Origin: an uncultured delta proteobacterium
GTDB lineage: Bacteria; Desulfobacterota; Binatia; UBA9968
DNA length: 64,000 bases
Assembly (NCBI GenBank): GCA_963737905.1
Contig: CAVTUQ010000019.1
Coordinates: forward strand, 160,001 to 224,000
Direction of reading: 5' to 3'
In this document: in pieces, positions 1 to 9,982 of the stretch
How the letters are laid out: every line of letters starts with the position of its first letter
How positions within the stretch are numbered: position 1 is the first letter of the stretch
Translations under genes and position numbers: made by a program
Notes under the pieces: model-generated
What the model was told of the DNA's origin: nothing
The model's input: only the letters and a program-made list of their open reading frames with translations
The model's database searches: none

Positions 1-1081
1 CATCGAAACCCGTCCGCACGGCAAATTTTTCGGGAAAGCGGGCGGCGGCGGTGGTAAAAAAATCTTCATACCGCAATTCGCCGCTCCCCAATAGGACCAG
101 TTGAAGCTCACGCTCCATTATCTGATCAAAAATGTTCTGAACGAGGTCAAACCCTTTCTGGGACGTTAAACGAGAAATCATGCCGAACACCGGCACTGCG
201 GACTTGACGGGGAGACCCAAGCTCCCCTGCAGTTTATCCTTGCAGACGCGTTTTCCTGTAAGATCGTTCTCGCTATACCGTCTGGCGATAAAGGGGTCGA
301 TTTCCGGGTTCCATTCGCTGTAGTCTACGCCATTGAGAATTCCCGTCACATCGGCCGCTCGCTGCTGCAGTACCCCCTGCAAGCCGAAGCCCTGTTCCGC
401 ACTCATGATCTCCTGCGCGTAAGTCGGGCTCACGGTAGTGATTTTATCGGCACAGAGGAGGGCACCCTTGAGAAAATTGATGTTCCCGTAAAACTCCAAG
501 TACTGCGGGCTGAAATAGCTGAGATCAAGGTTTAGAAATGGCCAGTTCGACTCGCGAAAAATTCCCTGGAAGCCAAGATTGTGCGCGGTGAGAACGGTGC
601 GGGCCGATGCGACTTCAGGGTAGCGAGAGCCCTGGGTTTTCAAAAAGACAATACCCAGCGCTGCCTGCCAGTCGTGGCAATGGACGATCTCGGCAGGATG
701 CCTGCGGAGGATTTCTAACGCGGCCCGGCAAAAAAAGGCGAACCGTTCCGCGTTATCGGGATAATCGCCATAGGGTGTCCCGTATAGAAAGTCGCGGTCA
801 AAGTAACGGTCAGCGCGCACCAGGTATACGGACACGTTCTGGCCCAGCCGGGCCTCGAAAACCGACGTTTTTTCTGTGGATGCCCCCAAGGGAACAGCCA
901 ATTGCATCCCCGTCTCTTCCAGTGCAAAGGGCCCGTTGAGAACGCAGCGATAGGCCGGCATGATTAAAGAGATCTCATGGCCGCGTTTCTCCAGCGCGAT
1001 GGAAAGCGTTCCGAGGACATCAGCCAAGCCGCCTGTTTTGGCGAAGGGGGCAATCTCGGAAGACAGCATCGCGATTTTCAT
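1..1081 (-). CDS. glgA: Glycogen synthase (partial, runs off the left edge of the window)
   Basis: Not in the ORF track. The reverse strand from ATG at 1081 reads MKIAMLSSEIAPFAKTGGLADV (KTGGL ADP-glucose motif), and later HCHDWQ and GILNGVDY. Lies directly downstream of glgB. Confidence 0.95.
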   Translation of the reverse strand, partial: MKIAMLSSEIAPFAKTGGLADVLGTLSIALEKRGHEISLIMPAYRCVLNGPFALEETGMQLAVPLGASTEKTSVFEARLGQNVSVYLVRADRYFDRDFLYGTPYGDYPDNAERFAFFCRAALEILRRHPAEIVHCHDWQAALGIVFLKTQGSRYPEVASARTVLTAHNLGFQGIFRESNWPFLNLDLSYFSPQYLEFYGNINFLKGALLCADKITTVSPTYAQEIMSAEQGFGLQGVLQQRAADVTGILNGVDYSEWNPEIDPFIARRYSENDLTGKRVCKDKLQGSLGLPVKSAVPVFGMISRLTSQKGFDLVQNIFDQIMERELQLVLLGSGELRYEDFFTTAAARFPEKFAVRTGFD

Positions 1082-1124
1082 GACGGCTCAGCGGCAAGTG
1101 CTCAGACTACCGAAATCCTCATCT

Positions 1125-3035
1125 TTATCCTTGGTTCTTAAAGAAACAAACCGACAGCGGCGGCAATGTAATCGTGAGGGAACAGGAACGACCATGGAGC
1201 GGTACAGGAACCGTCTCTACGCCGCCGAGATTTCCCATGTTGCTGCCACCGTATTCGCTTGCGTCGCTGTTCAGGATCTCCTGCCAGAACCCACTGCGCG
1301 GGGAGCCGAGCCGGTAGCTGTAACGCGGTACGGGCGTAAAGTTGCAGACCACCAGAATAATGGCGGAGGTCGATTTGCCTTTGCGGATCAGGCTAACCGT
1401 ACTGGCATCCTTATCGTCGCAGTCGATCCATTCGAAGCCTGCCGGCTCGCAATCCATTTCGTGTAACGCCGGTTCGCTGCGATAGAGTCGATTTAGATCT
1501 TGCACCCATTTTTGCAGTCCGGCGTGGGGCGCATCGTTCAAAAGATACCAGTCCAAGCTCGAATCGTGAACCCATTCGCGCCACTGCCCGAACTCGCCTC
1601 CCATGAAAAGCATTTTTTTACCGGGTTGCGCGTACATGTAGCCAAACAATGCTCGCAGATTGGCAAACTTCTGCCAATCGTCACCTGGCATTTTCCTTAT
1701 CAGAGAGCCTTTACCGTAAACAACCTCGTCGTGGGAAAGCGGCAGAACGAAGTTTTCGTGAAACGCATAAAGCATACGAAACGTCAGCTTGTCGTGGTGG
1801 TAGCGCCGAAAGACCGGATCTTTGCTCATGTATTGGAGCGTGTCATGCATCCAGCCCATGTCCCATTTGAAACCGAAACCCAGGCCGCCTACGTAGTTAG
1901 GCCTTGACACCATCGGCCACGAGGTGGATTCCTCAGCGATGGTTTGAGCATCCGGATGGTTTTTATACACCTCTTCGTTCAACCGTCGCAGGAAATTAAT
2001 TGCTTCGATGTTTTCCCGCCCGCCATATTGGTTTGGAATCCACTCACCCTCTTTGCGGGCATAGTCCAGATAAAGCATTGAGGCAACCGCGTCGACGCGG
2101 AACCCGTCTACATGGTAACAGTCGAGCCAGAAGAGCGCGTTGCTGATGAGAAAACTTTGAACCTCCTTACGGCCGTAATTGAAGATGTAACTCTTCCATT
2201 CGGGATGATAGCCCTGGCGCGGATCGGCATGTTCGTAAAGATGGGTTCCGTCGAAGAATGCCAAACCGTGCTCATCAGCGGGAAAATGTGACGGCACCCA
2301 GTCGAGGATCACGCCAATGCCGTGTTGATGCAAAGTATCGACGAGATACATAAGATCCTGCGGCGTGCCATAATTTCCGGAGGGAGCGAAATAGCCGGTT
2401 GTCTGATAGCCCCAGGAGCCGAAGAATGGATGATCCATAACAGGTAGAAACTCCACGTGGGTGTATTCCATCCTTTGGAGATATTCCGCCAGCTGCGGCG
2501 CTAACTCGCGATAGGACAACGAGCGATTACCCTCTTCAGCCACACGTCGCCAGGAACCGATATGCATTTCGTAAATCGCCATCGGCTTACCCAGGCCGCT
2601 CCGTTGCCGGCGGCTTGTCATCCAATTCTGATCGCCCCACGGATAATCGAGATTCCACACAATGGACGCCGTCTTTGGCGGTATCTCATTGAAGATCGAA
2701 AACGGGTCCGTTTTGTCTACTCGATAGTCGTTGAAGCGAGAAAGGATGTGATACTTGTAGAGTGTCCCGTTACCGATCCCGGGGAAAAACCCTTCCCAGA
2801 TACCCGACTGGCCCTTGGGGTGGAGAGGATCGCTGCTCTTATTCCAGCCGTTGAAATCACCCATGACAAATACCTGCGCGGCATTGGGCGCCCAGACGGC
2901 GAATTGGGTGCCGCTGGCGCCTTGGTGGTTGACGACGTGCGCGCCGAGTTTGTCGTGGAGTCGAAAATGGCTGCCCTCGTTAAACAAGTAGAGATCCTGA
3001 TCGGTCAGGAGACTGACGATTTCATGGCTCCCCAT
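1125..3035 (-). CDS. glgB: 1,4-alpha-glucan branching enzyme
   Basis: FAVWAPNA, WGYQ, DWVPSHF, DGFRVDAVASM, AEEST and LSHDEVV GH13 motifs. Confidence 0.97.
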   Translation of the reverse strand: MGSHEIVSLLTDQDLYLFNEGSHFRLHDKLGAHVVNHQGASGTQFAVWAPNAAQVFVMGDFNGWNKSSDPLHPKGQSGIWEGFFPGIGNGTLYKYHILSRFNDYRVDKTDPFSIFNEIPPKTASIVWNLDYPWGDQNWMTSRRQRSGLGKPMAIYEMHIGSWRRVAEEGNRSLSYRELAPQLAEYLQRMEYTHVEFLPVMDHPFFGSWGYQTTGYFAPSGNYGTPQDLMYLVDTLHQHGIGVILDWVPSHFPADEHGLAFFDGTHLYEHADPRQGYHPEWKSYIFNYGRKEVQSFLISNALFWLDCYHVDGFRVDAVASMLYLDYARKEGEWIPNQYGGRENIEAINFLRRLNEEVYKNHPDAQTIAEESTSWPMVSRPNYVGGLGFGFKWDMGWMHDTLQYMSKDPVFRRYHHDKLTFRMLYAFHENFVLPLSHDEVVYGKGSLIRKMPGDDWQKFANLRALFGYMYAQPGKKMLFMGGEFGQWREWVHDSSLDWYLLNDAPHAGLQKWVQDLNRLYRSEPALHEMDCEPAGFEWIDCDDKDASTVSLIRKGKSTSAIILVVCNFTPVPRYSYRLGSPRSGFWQEILNSDASEYGGSNMGNLGGVETVPVPLHGRSCSLTITLPPLSVCFFKNQG

Positions 3036-3297
3036 AGATCTAAATTACCTTCTTTCTTTAGTTTTCCAGGTATGGCGGAGCGACTTTTGGATATCCGCCG
3101 CAAAAGTTTGTGATAAATTCTTAAAACGAAAATGCCGCGTTGCGATTGCTGCTTAATCCGAGCTCTACAAAAATTCTGACATGTGGAGGCGAGTTTGTCT
3201 ATCGGGGGACTCTCGGCAGAGAACCCAAATTCTTGGCCGGAAGCGATCCGGTTTTTAAGATAATAACGTTCTTCCGGTGAACATTTGTGACGAGCCC

Positions 3298-4981
3298 TCA
3301 GTGTTGATCGGGGTCTCTGTTATCGGCATCCTCTTGCTCGGAAGGCAAATAAATGTTGAAGAGGGTCCCTTTGCCCGGCTCACTTTCGACTTCGATCCGT
3401 CCGTTGTGATTCTTAACGATCCTTTGACAGATGGGAAGACCGAGGCCCATACCGCGTCTTTTCTTTGCCGTAAAAAAGGGCTGAAAGATTTTCGGCAGGT
3501 CTGTCTTTTCGATGCCAAACCCCGTATCCGCCACCGTTATCACCGCTATGGGCCCCCTGCTATCAGATCGCGTTGTTTTTGCTTCCACTACGAGCTTGCC
3601 GCCTTCCGGCATTGCGTCGATGGCGTTCAGGTAGAGGTTGACCAAAACCTGCTCCAGCTGCTGGGAATCGGCTTGAATTCGAGGCAGATCCGGATCCAGT
3701 CTTTTTTCCACGGTGATTTTCTGTTTGTAGAGACGGTTTTCCACCAACTGAAGGGTTTTCTCAATTGCATCTGTTATCGAGGTCGAGCAAAACTCTGTAC
3801 TTCTGGGGCGGGCGTATTCCATAAGGTCTTTTACGATCTGCCTGCACCGCTTCGATTCCTCGTCGATGATTTGCAAAGCGCGATAGTTGGGATCGGCGGG
3901 GTTTATGCCGCTCAACATGTCTTCCACGAACCCCATGATGATTCCGAGGGGATTATTGAACTCGTGGGCCATGGAAGCCGTCACCTCGCCGAGGGAAACC
4001 AATCGCCCCGACATGATCAGTTGTTGCTCCAGTTCCTGAGCCTGCTGGCGCAGCTTCTGTTCACTCTGGCGCAATGCATCCTCTATCTGCTTGCGCCGGC
4101 TGATATCCCGGGCGATCTTGGACGCGCCGACGATATTCCCTTTGGCGTCTCGAATGGGCGACACGGTGAGAGAGATATCAAACCGACGGCCGTCCTTACG
4201 CCGGCGAATCGTCTCATAGTGTTCGATGCGCTCGCCCCGCCTAATGCGCTCAAGAATTCCTGGCTCTTCATCGTGGCGCTCCGGAGGAATTAAAAGGGTG
4301 ATGGGCTTTCCAATCACCTCTTCAGCCACGTACCCAAAGAGCCGCTCCGCGGCTTGGTTCCAACTGGTAATGATTCCGTTGAGGTCTTTGCTAATGATCG
4401 CGTCTTCTGAAGACTCGACGATGGCGGCCAGCCGCCGGCTGGCTTGTTCCGCCTGCCTTAGATCCGTGATGTCTGCAAAGATGTTGATCGCGCCCACAAT
4501 TTCGCCGGCGGCGTTGGTGATCGGGTCGATGTTGACCAGCGCGGTAATACGGGAGCCGTCCGGGCGCTCGATAACGACCTCTTGATTTCGAATAGGAGCA
4601 GCTCCGCTTAGGACTTGAGCCATCGGAGTTTCTGCGTGGGGCAGGCGCTTCCCATCAGTCCGAAAAAGCCGAAAGGCGCCACAGAAACGCTCATCGTGTT
4701 TCCCCGATGACAGGCGCACGTCCCCAAAGCTCCGAGGCTCGGCGGTTGTAATAGTTGATGATTCCGGAAGGGGTCTCGCAGATATATACTCCCGCCGGAA
4801 GCAATTCCATAAGACGGAGCGCGAGAGATGAGTTGGGTGACTCAAACAGACGACAAAACTCGGACGCAAAGACGCCGCTCTGTTGGTCAACGGTCTGCTC
4901 ATGGTTTTCTCGAACCATGGTAGAGTGCTGCGCCCGCAAGCGGTCCATGGTGGGTCGATTTGGCGGCGGCTTATCACTCAT
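3298..4981 (-). CDS. PAS-PAS sensor histidine kinase with an apparent 1-nt frameshift near 4697
   Basis: H-box AHEFNNPL, N-box NLYLNAIDA, DTGFG and GMGLGL. The first PAS domain starts in ORF 4691..4981 (LLPAGVYICE..YNRRASELWGRAP) and continues in the other frame (DERFCGAFRL). Confidence 0.85.
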
Positions 4982-5148
4982 CTGGGCACTCGCCTAACCC
5001 TATTATGGACCGGACGTAAGTCCCCGGGAAAGCTAAAAAGCTCGGCATTTTTAGTTTGCCTCTCGACCCAACGGAAAATAGAGCTCGAAGGTCATACCCT
5101 AACGGACGACTGCTGAACACAAGAAATTTTTTGATACGCTCGGATTTT

Positions 5149-5511
5149 TCAATGGGACAGTAAGCCATCGACGGTGGTCTTAAGTTCTTGGATATCCACG
5201 GGCTTGGTTAGGTAGGTGGAAGCCCCTTTTTTTATGCATTCGTTGCGAGTGTCAATGGTCGGATAGGCCGTGATCATTATCACTTCGATTGCAGGACGGC
5301 GGCTTTTAATCTCGCCTAGAAGCACGACGCCATCTATGGGAAACATCTTGATATCGAGAATAGCTAGCTGGAAAACCCGGGTCTCCAGTAAGGCGAGTGC
5401 GTCGTAGCTGTTTTTAGCGGTTATTACTTGATAACCCTGTTTGCTAAGAATTCTTTCGAGGAGCAATAAGAGATTCTCTTCGTCGTCAACGATCAATATG
5501 TTTTTCTGCAA
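5149..5511 (-). CDS. Single-domain response regulator (receiver only)
   Basis: ILIVDDE, phospho-acceptor LDIKM, MITA, YLTKP. Confidence 0.92.
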   Translation of the reverse strand: MQKNILIVDDEENLLLLLERILSKQGYQVITAKNSYDALALLETRVFQLAILDIKMFPIDGVVLLGEIKSRRPAIEVIMITAYPTIDTRNECIKKGASTYLTKPVDIQELKTTVDGLLSH

Positions 5512-5803
5512 AAACCCTCTCCCCTCCGAGCCTCGTAGTAAACGCCTTTCGGTGGCTCAGGCTCACTTTCCGCAACATCATTTCAATCTAGTGATGAGAA
5601 CAGCAATCTAAATGCCAGGTAAAAAAGGGATTTCGCAGTATGAGATCGCCCCTTGGTGGGCCCAAATTGGGTCTGTGGACCGGTAAAATGGGAGAAATCG
5701 ATGTGGTTCTATGGTTAATTTAGCAAGCCAGCTCAGAACGAGACAAGCCGTGTGAGTAAAAGGCACACTCACTCTATGAAAAAAACCTACAATCACGAAG
5801 ATA

Positions 5804-6490
5804 TCATTTTACTTGGCGCAAGGCTGCGATTCTATCTTGGGTTGCCGGATGAGTTGACAGGAATCCGCCGCCGTTTGCTTGAGAGGATTGCATAACCCAG
5901 GAAAGCGCGTCGATCATGACGTCTTTAGAGTAGCCGGCCCGCTGCAAAATTTCCACGCCATGCCGATCTGCTTCCAACTCTTCTGATCGGCTGTAAGCGC
6001 GTGCGACCAGTGTGCCCGCAATAGGGGTGATGGCGCTACTGCCGGGAATGATTTGCTCGAGCAATATAACGCCTAGACTCAATCCGGTTCCTAGCACTTG
6101 GGCGCGGGCCACATGCCCAAGATCGTCATGGGCTATTTCGTGGGCCAATATTCCTCTCAGTTGCTCATCGTTTGCCTTCTGAAGAAGACCCGTTGTGACG
6201 TAAAACTCGCCGCCGCCCGCGTTGGCGGCGTTTATATCAGGCTCTTCCACGACACCAACGCGGACCTCTTTTAGCGACCGAGTTTTATCGCCCGCACGTA
6301 GCAAAGGCACCATGATCCGCTGAAGTCGTGCCGCTTGACTGGGATCGAGCGGTTTGACGTTCGGCGTGCGAGCTTCCTGTGGCGACGGACGCGGCGGCCC
6401 GGACGTAGTTTCCACTGTACAACCGACCGCAAACGCGAGAAACAAGACCCACACCGAAGCGGCAGATAGAATCTTTTTATCTCGTGTCAT
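5804..6490 (-). CDS. M48 family zinc metallopeptidase, probable lipoprotein
   Basis: AHEIAH zinc motif, ELEAD, FLSTHP. Start moved to ATG 6490 (MTRDKK..AVGC lipobox) to avoid overlapping the SOD gene. Confidence 0.88.
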   Translation of the reverse strand: MTRDKKILSAASVWVLFLAFAVGCTVETTSGPPRPSPQEARTPNVKPLDPSQAARLQRIMVPLLRAGDKTRSLKEVRVGVVEEPDINAANAGGGEFYVTTGLLQKANDEQLRGILAHEIAHDDLGHVARAQVLGTGLSLGVILLEQIIPGSSAITPIAGTLVARAYSRSEELEADRHGVEILQRAGYSKDVMIDALSWVMQSSQANGGGFLSTHPATQDRIAALRQVK

Positions 6491-6498
6491 CTTTTCGG

Positions 6499-7134
6499 TC
6501 AGACGGCCCGAGCCTGTTGAGATTTCTGCGCTGCGGGTCCTGCCATGCGCTGTTCCACTGCGTTCCAATCGATATTGGAGAAAAACGCCTCTATATATTT
6601 TGGCCTTTCAGCCGGCTTATAGTCCAAAATAAACGCGTGTTCCCATACGTCCATGACTAGCACCGGCGTGTAGCCTGCAACATTGCCGATCTCGTGCAAC
6701 GTGATCCAATGATTGGATAGACGGCCGGTCGTGGGATCCTGATAGCAGATCGCCCACCCGACGCCGCGCATTTTGCCGATGCCGACGAAGTCTGTTTTCC
6801 AAATGTCGTATGTGCTGAAACTCTCCTCGGTCGCTTTGACGAAAACAGAGCCTTTCTTGGGATCGCCGCCGCCCTCTTTTTTGAGGTTGCCAAAATAGTA
6901 TTCATGCAACACCATGCCGTTATACTCAAAACCGAGGCGTCGTTTTAATTCCGAATAGGCCGGCATCTCCTCTTGATCGACCTTGCCATCTTTTAGGATG
7001 GCAGAGATTTTTTCCTGAAGGAGGTTGGTCTCTTTGACGTAGCCTTCATAAAGCTTGAAATGCATCTCCAGAGTTTGGTCCGAAATGCCATTTAGCCCGC
7101 TCAACTTAAATTTTTTGGCTTGATAAGAGTTCAT
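6499..7134 (-). CDS. Fe/Mn superoxide dismutase family protein
   Basis: HFKLYEGY, LHEYYF and DVWEHAF metal-ligand motifs. Confidence 0.9.
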   Translation of the reverse strand: MNSYQAKKFKLSGLNGISDQTLEMHFKLYEGYVKETNLLQEKISAILKDGKVDQEEMPAYSELKRRLGFEYNGMVLHEYYFGNLKKEGGGDPKKGSVFVKATEESFSTYDIWKTDFVGIGKMRGVGWAICYQDPTTGRLSNHWITLHEIGNVAGYTPVLVMDVWEHAFILDYKPAERPKYIEAFFSNIDWNAVEQRMAGPAAQKSQQARAV

Positions 7135-7194
7135 GCTGAAAGTCCTTCCCTTTTTTTTAAACTTCCCTTCTTGTTAATAGCGCGAAATGACTCG

Positions 7195-7347
7195 TCATAC
7201 GCGACCCATAACGAGCAGTAGGATCAATACGAGTAAAATAAGCCCCAGACCACCGCTCGGGTAATAACCCCAGCCCGAGCTATAGGGCCATGTCGGCAAT
7301 GCTCCGACCAGAAGCAAAACGAGGATGATCAACAAGATTGTTCCCAT
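7195..7347 (-). CDS. DUF3309 family small membrane protein
   Basis: MGTILLIILVLLLVGALPTWPYSSGWGYYPSGGLG; GGAGG RBS before ATG 7347. Confidence 0.88.
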   Translation of the reverse strand: MGTILLIILVLLLVGALPTWPYSSGWGYYPSGGLGLILLVLILLLVMGRV

Positions 7348-7471
7348 AAGACCTCCTTTCCATATCTCGTCCCCATGATTTTTATTTTGGACTCGCGATA
7401 ACGTGAGCACACCTCGGGCCTTCTCCACGAACTCTCCGCCTCCGCTCCCCCGGGCGGGAGAAGTCCGATGA

Positions 7472-7708
7472 TTAAATGGCTCTTGTTTTCCGGGCGGCTT
7501 CCGCATCCGTCTCCTGGCGTTCGAACCATTGGTCCGCCCAGCGGCTTACCTCTTGTTTTTTGTCGCCGTAACGGGCTTGCAAAGTTCCCTGGAACTTTTG
7601 ATAGTCGCCTTCGATCTGCAGCAAATCGTCATCGGTAAATTGTCCCCATTGCTTTTTTAGCTCGCCTTTAAATTGAGTCCACCTACCCTTAAATTGATCT
7701 TTGTTCAT
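7472..7708 (-). CDS. CsbD/YjbJ family general stress protein
   Basis: MNKDQFKGRWTQFKGELKKQWGQFTDDDL signature; AAGGAG RBS. Confidence 0.92.
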   Translation of the reverse strand: MNKDQFKGRWTQFKGELKKQWGQFTDDDLLQIEGDYQKFQGTLQARYGDKKQEVSRWADQWFERQETDAEAARKTRAI

Positions 7709-7774
7709 AACGGCTCCTTTCTGGTTTTGTCGTCGTGTTTTTGTTTTTTTCTACGTCTTGTGATCTCAGATTAC

Positions 7775-7790
7775 CCAAAGCATGTGCCAA
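7775..7790 (-). promoter_or_regulatory. Candidate sigma54 (-24/-12) promoter for csbD
   Basis: Reverse strand TTGGCACATGCTTTGG matches TGGCAC-N5-TTGC except at the -12 C; a sigma54 activator gene is transcribed divergently. Confidence 0.4.
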
Positions 7791-8505
7791 CCGAGCGAAG
7801 GAGGGGATCGCTGTTGTTTTGTAAAGATTTATTTCGTGCTGGATCGTGAGCGATCCATCTTTGTCCGAGCTTCGCGCACAAGGTGGAAGAAAAAAACAGA
7901 CGCTAGCGTTGGATGCTCTAAACACAACTATCGCGATGCGAGCGATGTCTATTGAGTAAGTGGATTGTCAGAAACCGGACGGAAGTTTTTCTGTGTGCTC
8001 CAGAAAGATGTTGAATAAACGGAATCCATGAAAAGTTCGTTGAGAGGAAGTTTTCGTTGTTGATGATTTCGCCTTGTGCATGATTTTTGCTGTTGTCACA
8101 GATTGCCTCCTTTTTGAATTCCTGTGCGATGAGGCGATGGTGGTTTTTGTCGCCGAAAATTCAGCTGTAGATTAGAACTTTAGGGCCGCTTCTCTCTTTT
8201 TACGGGCCGCGAAGAAATAAAAGGCCGGTATTTGGCGACCTTAGAGAATAGGTTCATCAGCGGCTTAGGTTTTAAGACAAACCCATGGTATGAGAGTGGT
8301 CCGGTTTATTGTGCGCATTTTAGATACAAAATAAGTATGATATCTAGGACAGCCACGTTGGGGAGCATTACGGTAGTGGCTAAAAATTGGGAATATTGAA
8401 AGAGGAGACCGATTTCGTTAGAGCGTATTGAAGTAGGCTCATTAGAGGTGAATAGATAGTCTATCCGACGAGCGGCTAACCCATGGCCGCAAGAGAGAAA
8501 AGCCA

Positions 8506-9963
8506 ATGAGTAAAGAAAACGGACAGCCCCTGAGAGCGGGAAAACTGTTAGTGGTCGATGACGACAGCAATCTCGTGGAGCTTGTTTCTATGAAGCTTCA
8601 GGCGGCGAACTATGAGGTGGCCACCGCCCTTAAGGAGGAAGAGGCCCTCAAAGCCGCCACCAGCGATGTCTTTGACCTTTGTATTGTCGATCTTAAGCTT
8701 TCCGGGCGAAACGGGATCTCTCTAATGACGGAACTGCACTCGGTCAACCCCGAGATGCCGGTCATTATACTGACCGGTCATGCCAGCGTGGAAAGCGCTG
8801 TGGAGGCGATGAAGAAGGGGGCCTACAGCTACCTGACCAAACCCTTTAACACCCCCGAACTATTGTTACAGATCGAGCGGGCGTTGGAGAACCGCCGGCT
8901 GAACTCTGAGATCCAAAGACTGAAGGAGCTTTTGGAGGAGCGATACGATTTTACGAACATCATTGCGAGAAGTGAAGGGATGCGAAAGGTCCTCGACGTG
9001 GTCTCGCGCATCGCCTGTACCGAATCGACGGTATTTCTGCAGGGGGAGAGCGGCACGGGCAAGGAAATCGTGGCCAAGGCCATCCATCTCGCGAGTTCAC
9101 GGAAAAATAAACCCTTTGTGGCCATCAATTGTGCGGCCCTGCCCGCAACCTTGCTCGAAAGCGAGCTTTTCGGTCATGAAAAAGGGTCGTTCACGGGCGC
9201 CAACCGAAGCACGAAGGGCCTGCTCAGCCAGGCCGATGGAGGCACGATCTTCTTGGATGAAATCGGCGATATGCCGGCTTCCCTTCAGGCTAAACTCTTG
9301 CGCGTGTTGCAGGAGCGTGAATTTTATCCCGTGGGCAGCGAGAAGCCGGTTCAAGTCGATGTCCGCATCATCACCGCCACCAATAAGGATCTGCAGGCTG
9401 AGGTCAAAGAAGGCCATTTCCGCGAGGATTTGTTTTACCGGCTTCACGTGATTCCGATTCATCTGCCGCCGCTTCGCGAGCGAAAGGAAGATATCCCGCA
9501 TTTGGCCAACCATTTTCTAAAAATCATTTCCCAGCAGATGAAAAAAGAGGTCAAGGGTATTACCCCCCAAGCGATGCAGAAGCTCATGCTTCACGATTGG
9601 CCGGGCAACGTCCGGGAACTGGAAAATTGCTTGGAATATGCCGTGGCGATGACCCCCCTGGATACGATTACCGAAGAGTTTGTCCTCCAGACCCGGCCCT
9701 CTACCCCGGCGCTATCCCCGCAACAAGAAACCGGCCCCCAGATGCACATCGCGCTCAACGGGCCGGTCAAATCTTACAGGGATGCCCGCTATCTATTTGA
9801 AAGGGATTATCTGGTTAGGCTCCTGGAGCTTTGCGGCGGCAAAGCCAGCGAGGCGGCAAAACTTGCCGGCAAGTGCCGCACCGACTTCTATGAGCTACTT
9901 CGAAAACACGAGATCAAGATCGAAAATTTCAAGGCCGCCCCCAACGTAGCCCATACGGAGTGA
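8506..9963 (+). CDS. NtrC/GlrR-family sigma54-dependent response regulator
   Basis: Receiver domain, GESGTGKE, GSFTGA (GAFTGA variant), FLDEIG, WPGNVREL, C-terminal HTH. Confidence 0.95.
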   Translation: MSKENGQPLRAGKLLVVDDDSNLVELVSMKLQAANYEVATALKEEEALKAATSDVFDLCIVDLKLSGRNGISLMTELHSVNPEMPVIILTGHASVESAVEAMKKGAYSYLTKPFNTPELLLQIERALENRRLNSEIQRLKELLEERYDFTNIIARSEGMRKVLDVVSRIACTESTVFLQGESGTGKEIVAKAIHLASSRKNKPFVAINCAALPATLLESELFGHEKGSFTGANRSTKGLLSQADGGTIFLDEIGDMPASLQAKLLRVLQEREFYPVGSEKPVQVDVRIITATNKDLQAEVKEGHFREDLFYRLHVIPIHLPPLRERKEDIPHLANHFLKIISQQMKKEVKGITPQAMQKLMLHDWPGNVRELENCLEYAVAMTPLDTITEEFVLQTRPSTPALSPQQETGPQMHIALNGPVKSYRDARYLFERDYLVRLLELCGGKASEAAKLAGKCRTDFYELLRKHEIKIENFKAAPNVAHTE

Positions 9964-9982
9964 CGCTCACGGAACCTCGGCG

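Noticed and set aside
3277-4293. 338-aa plus-strand ORF
   Set aside because: Antisense to the histidine kinase; typical shadow ORF
4697-4706. Programmed -1 frameshift at GGGAAAC in the kinase gene
   Set aside because: The heptamer is out of register, and restoring the frame needs +1 rather than -1
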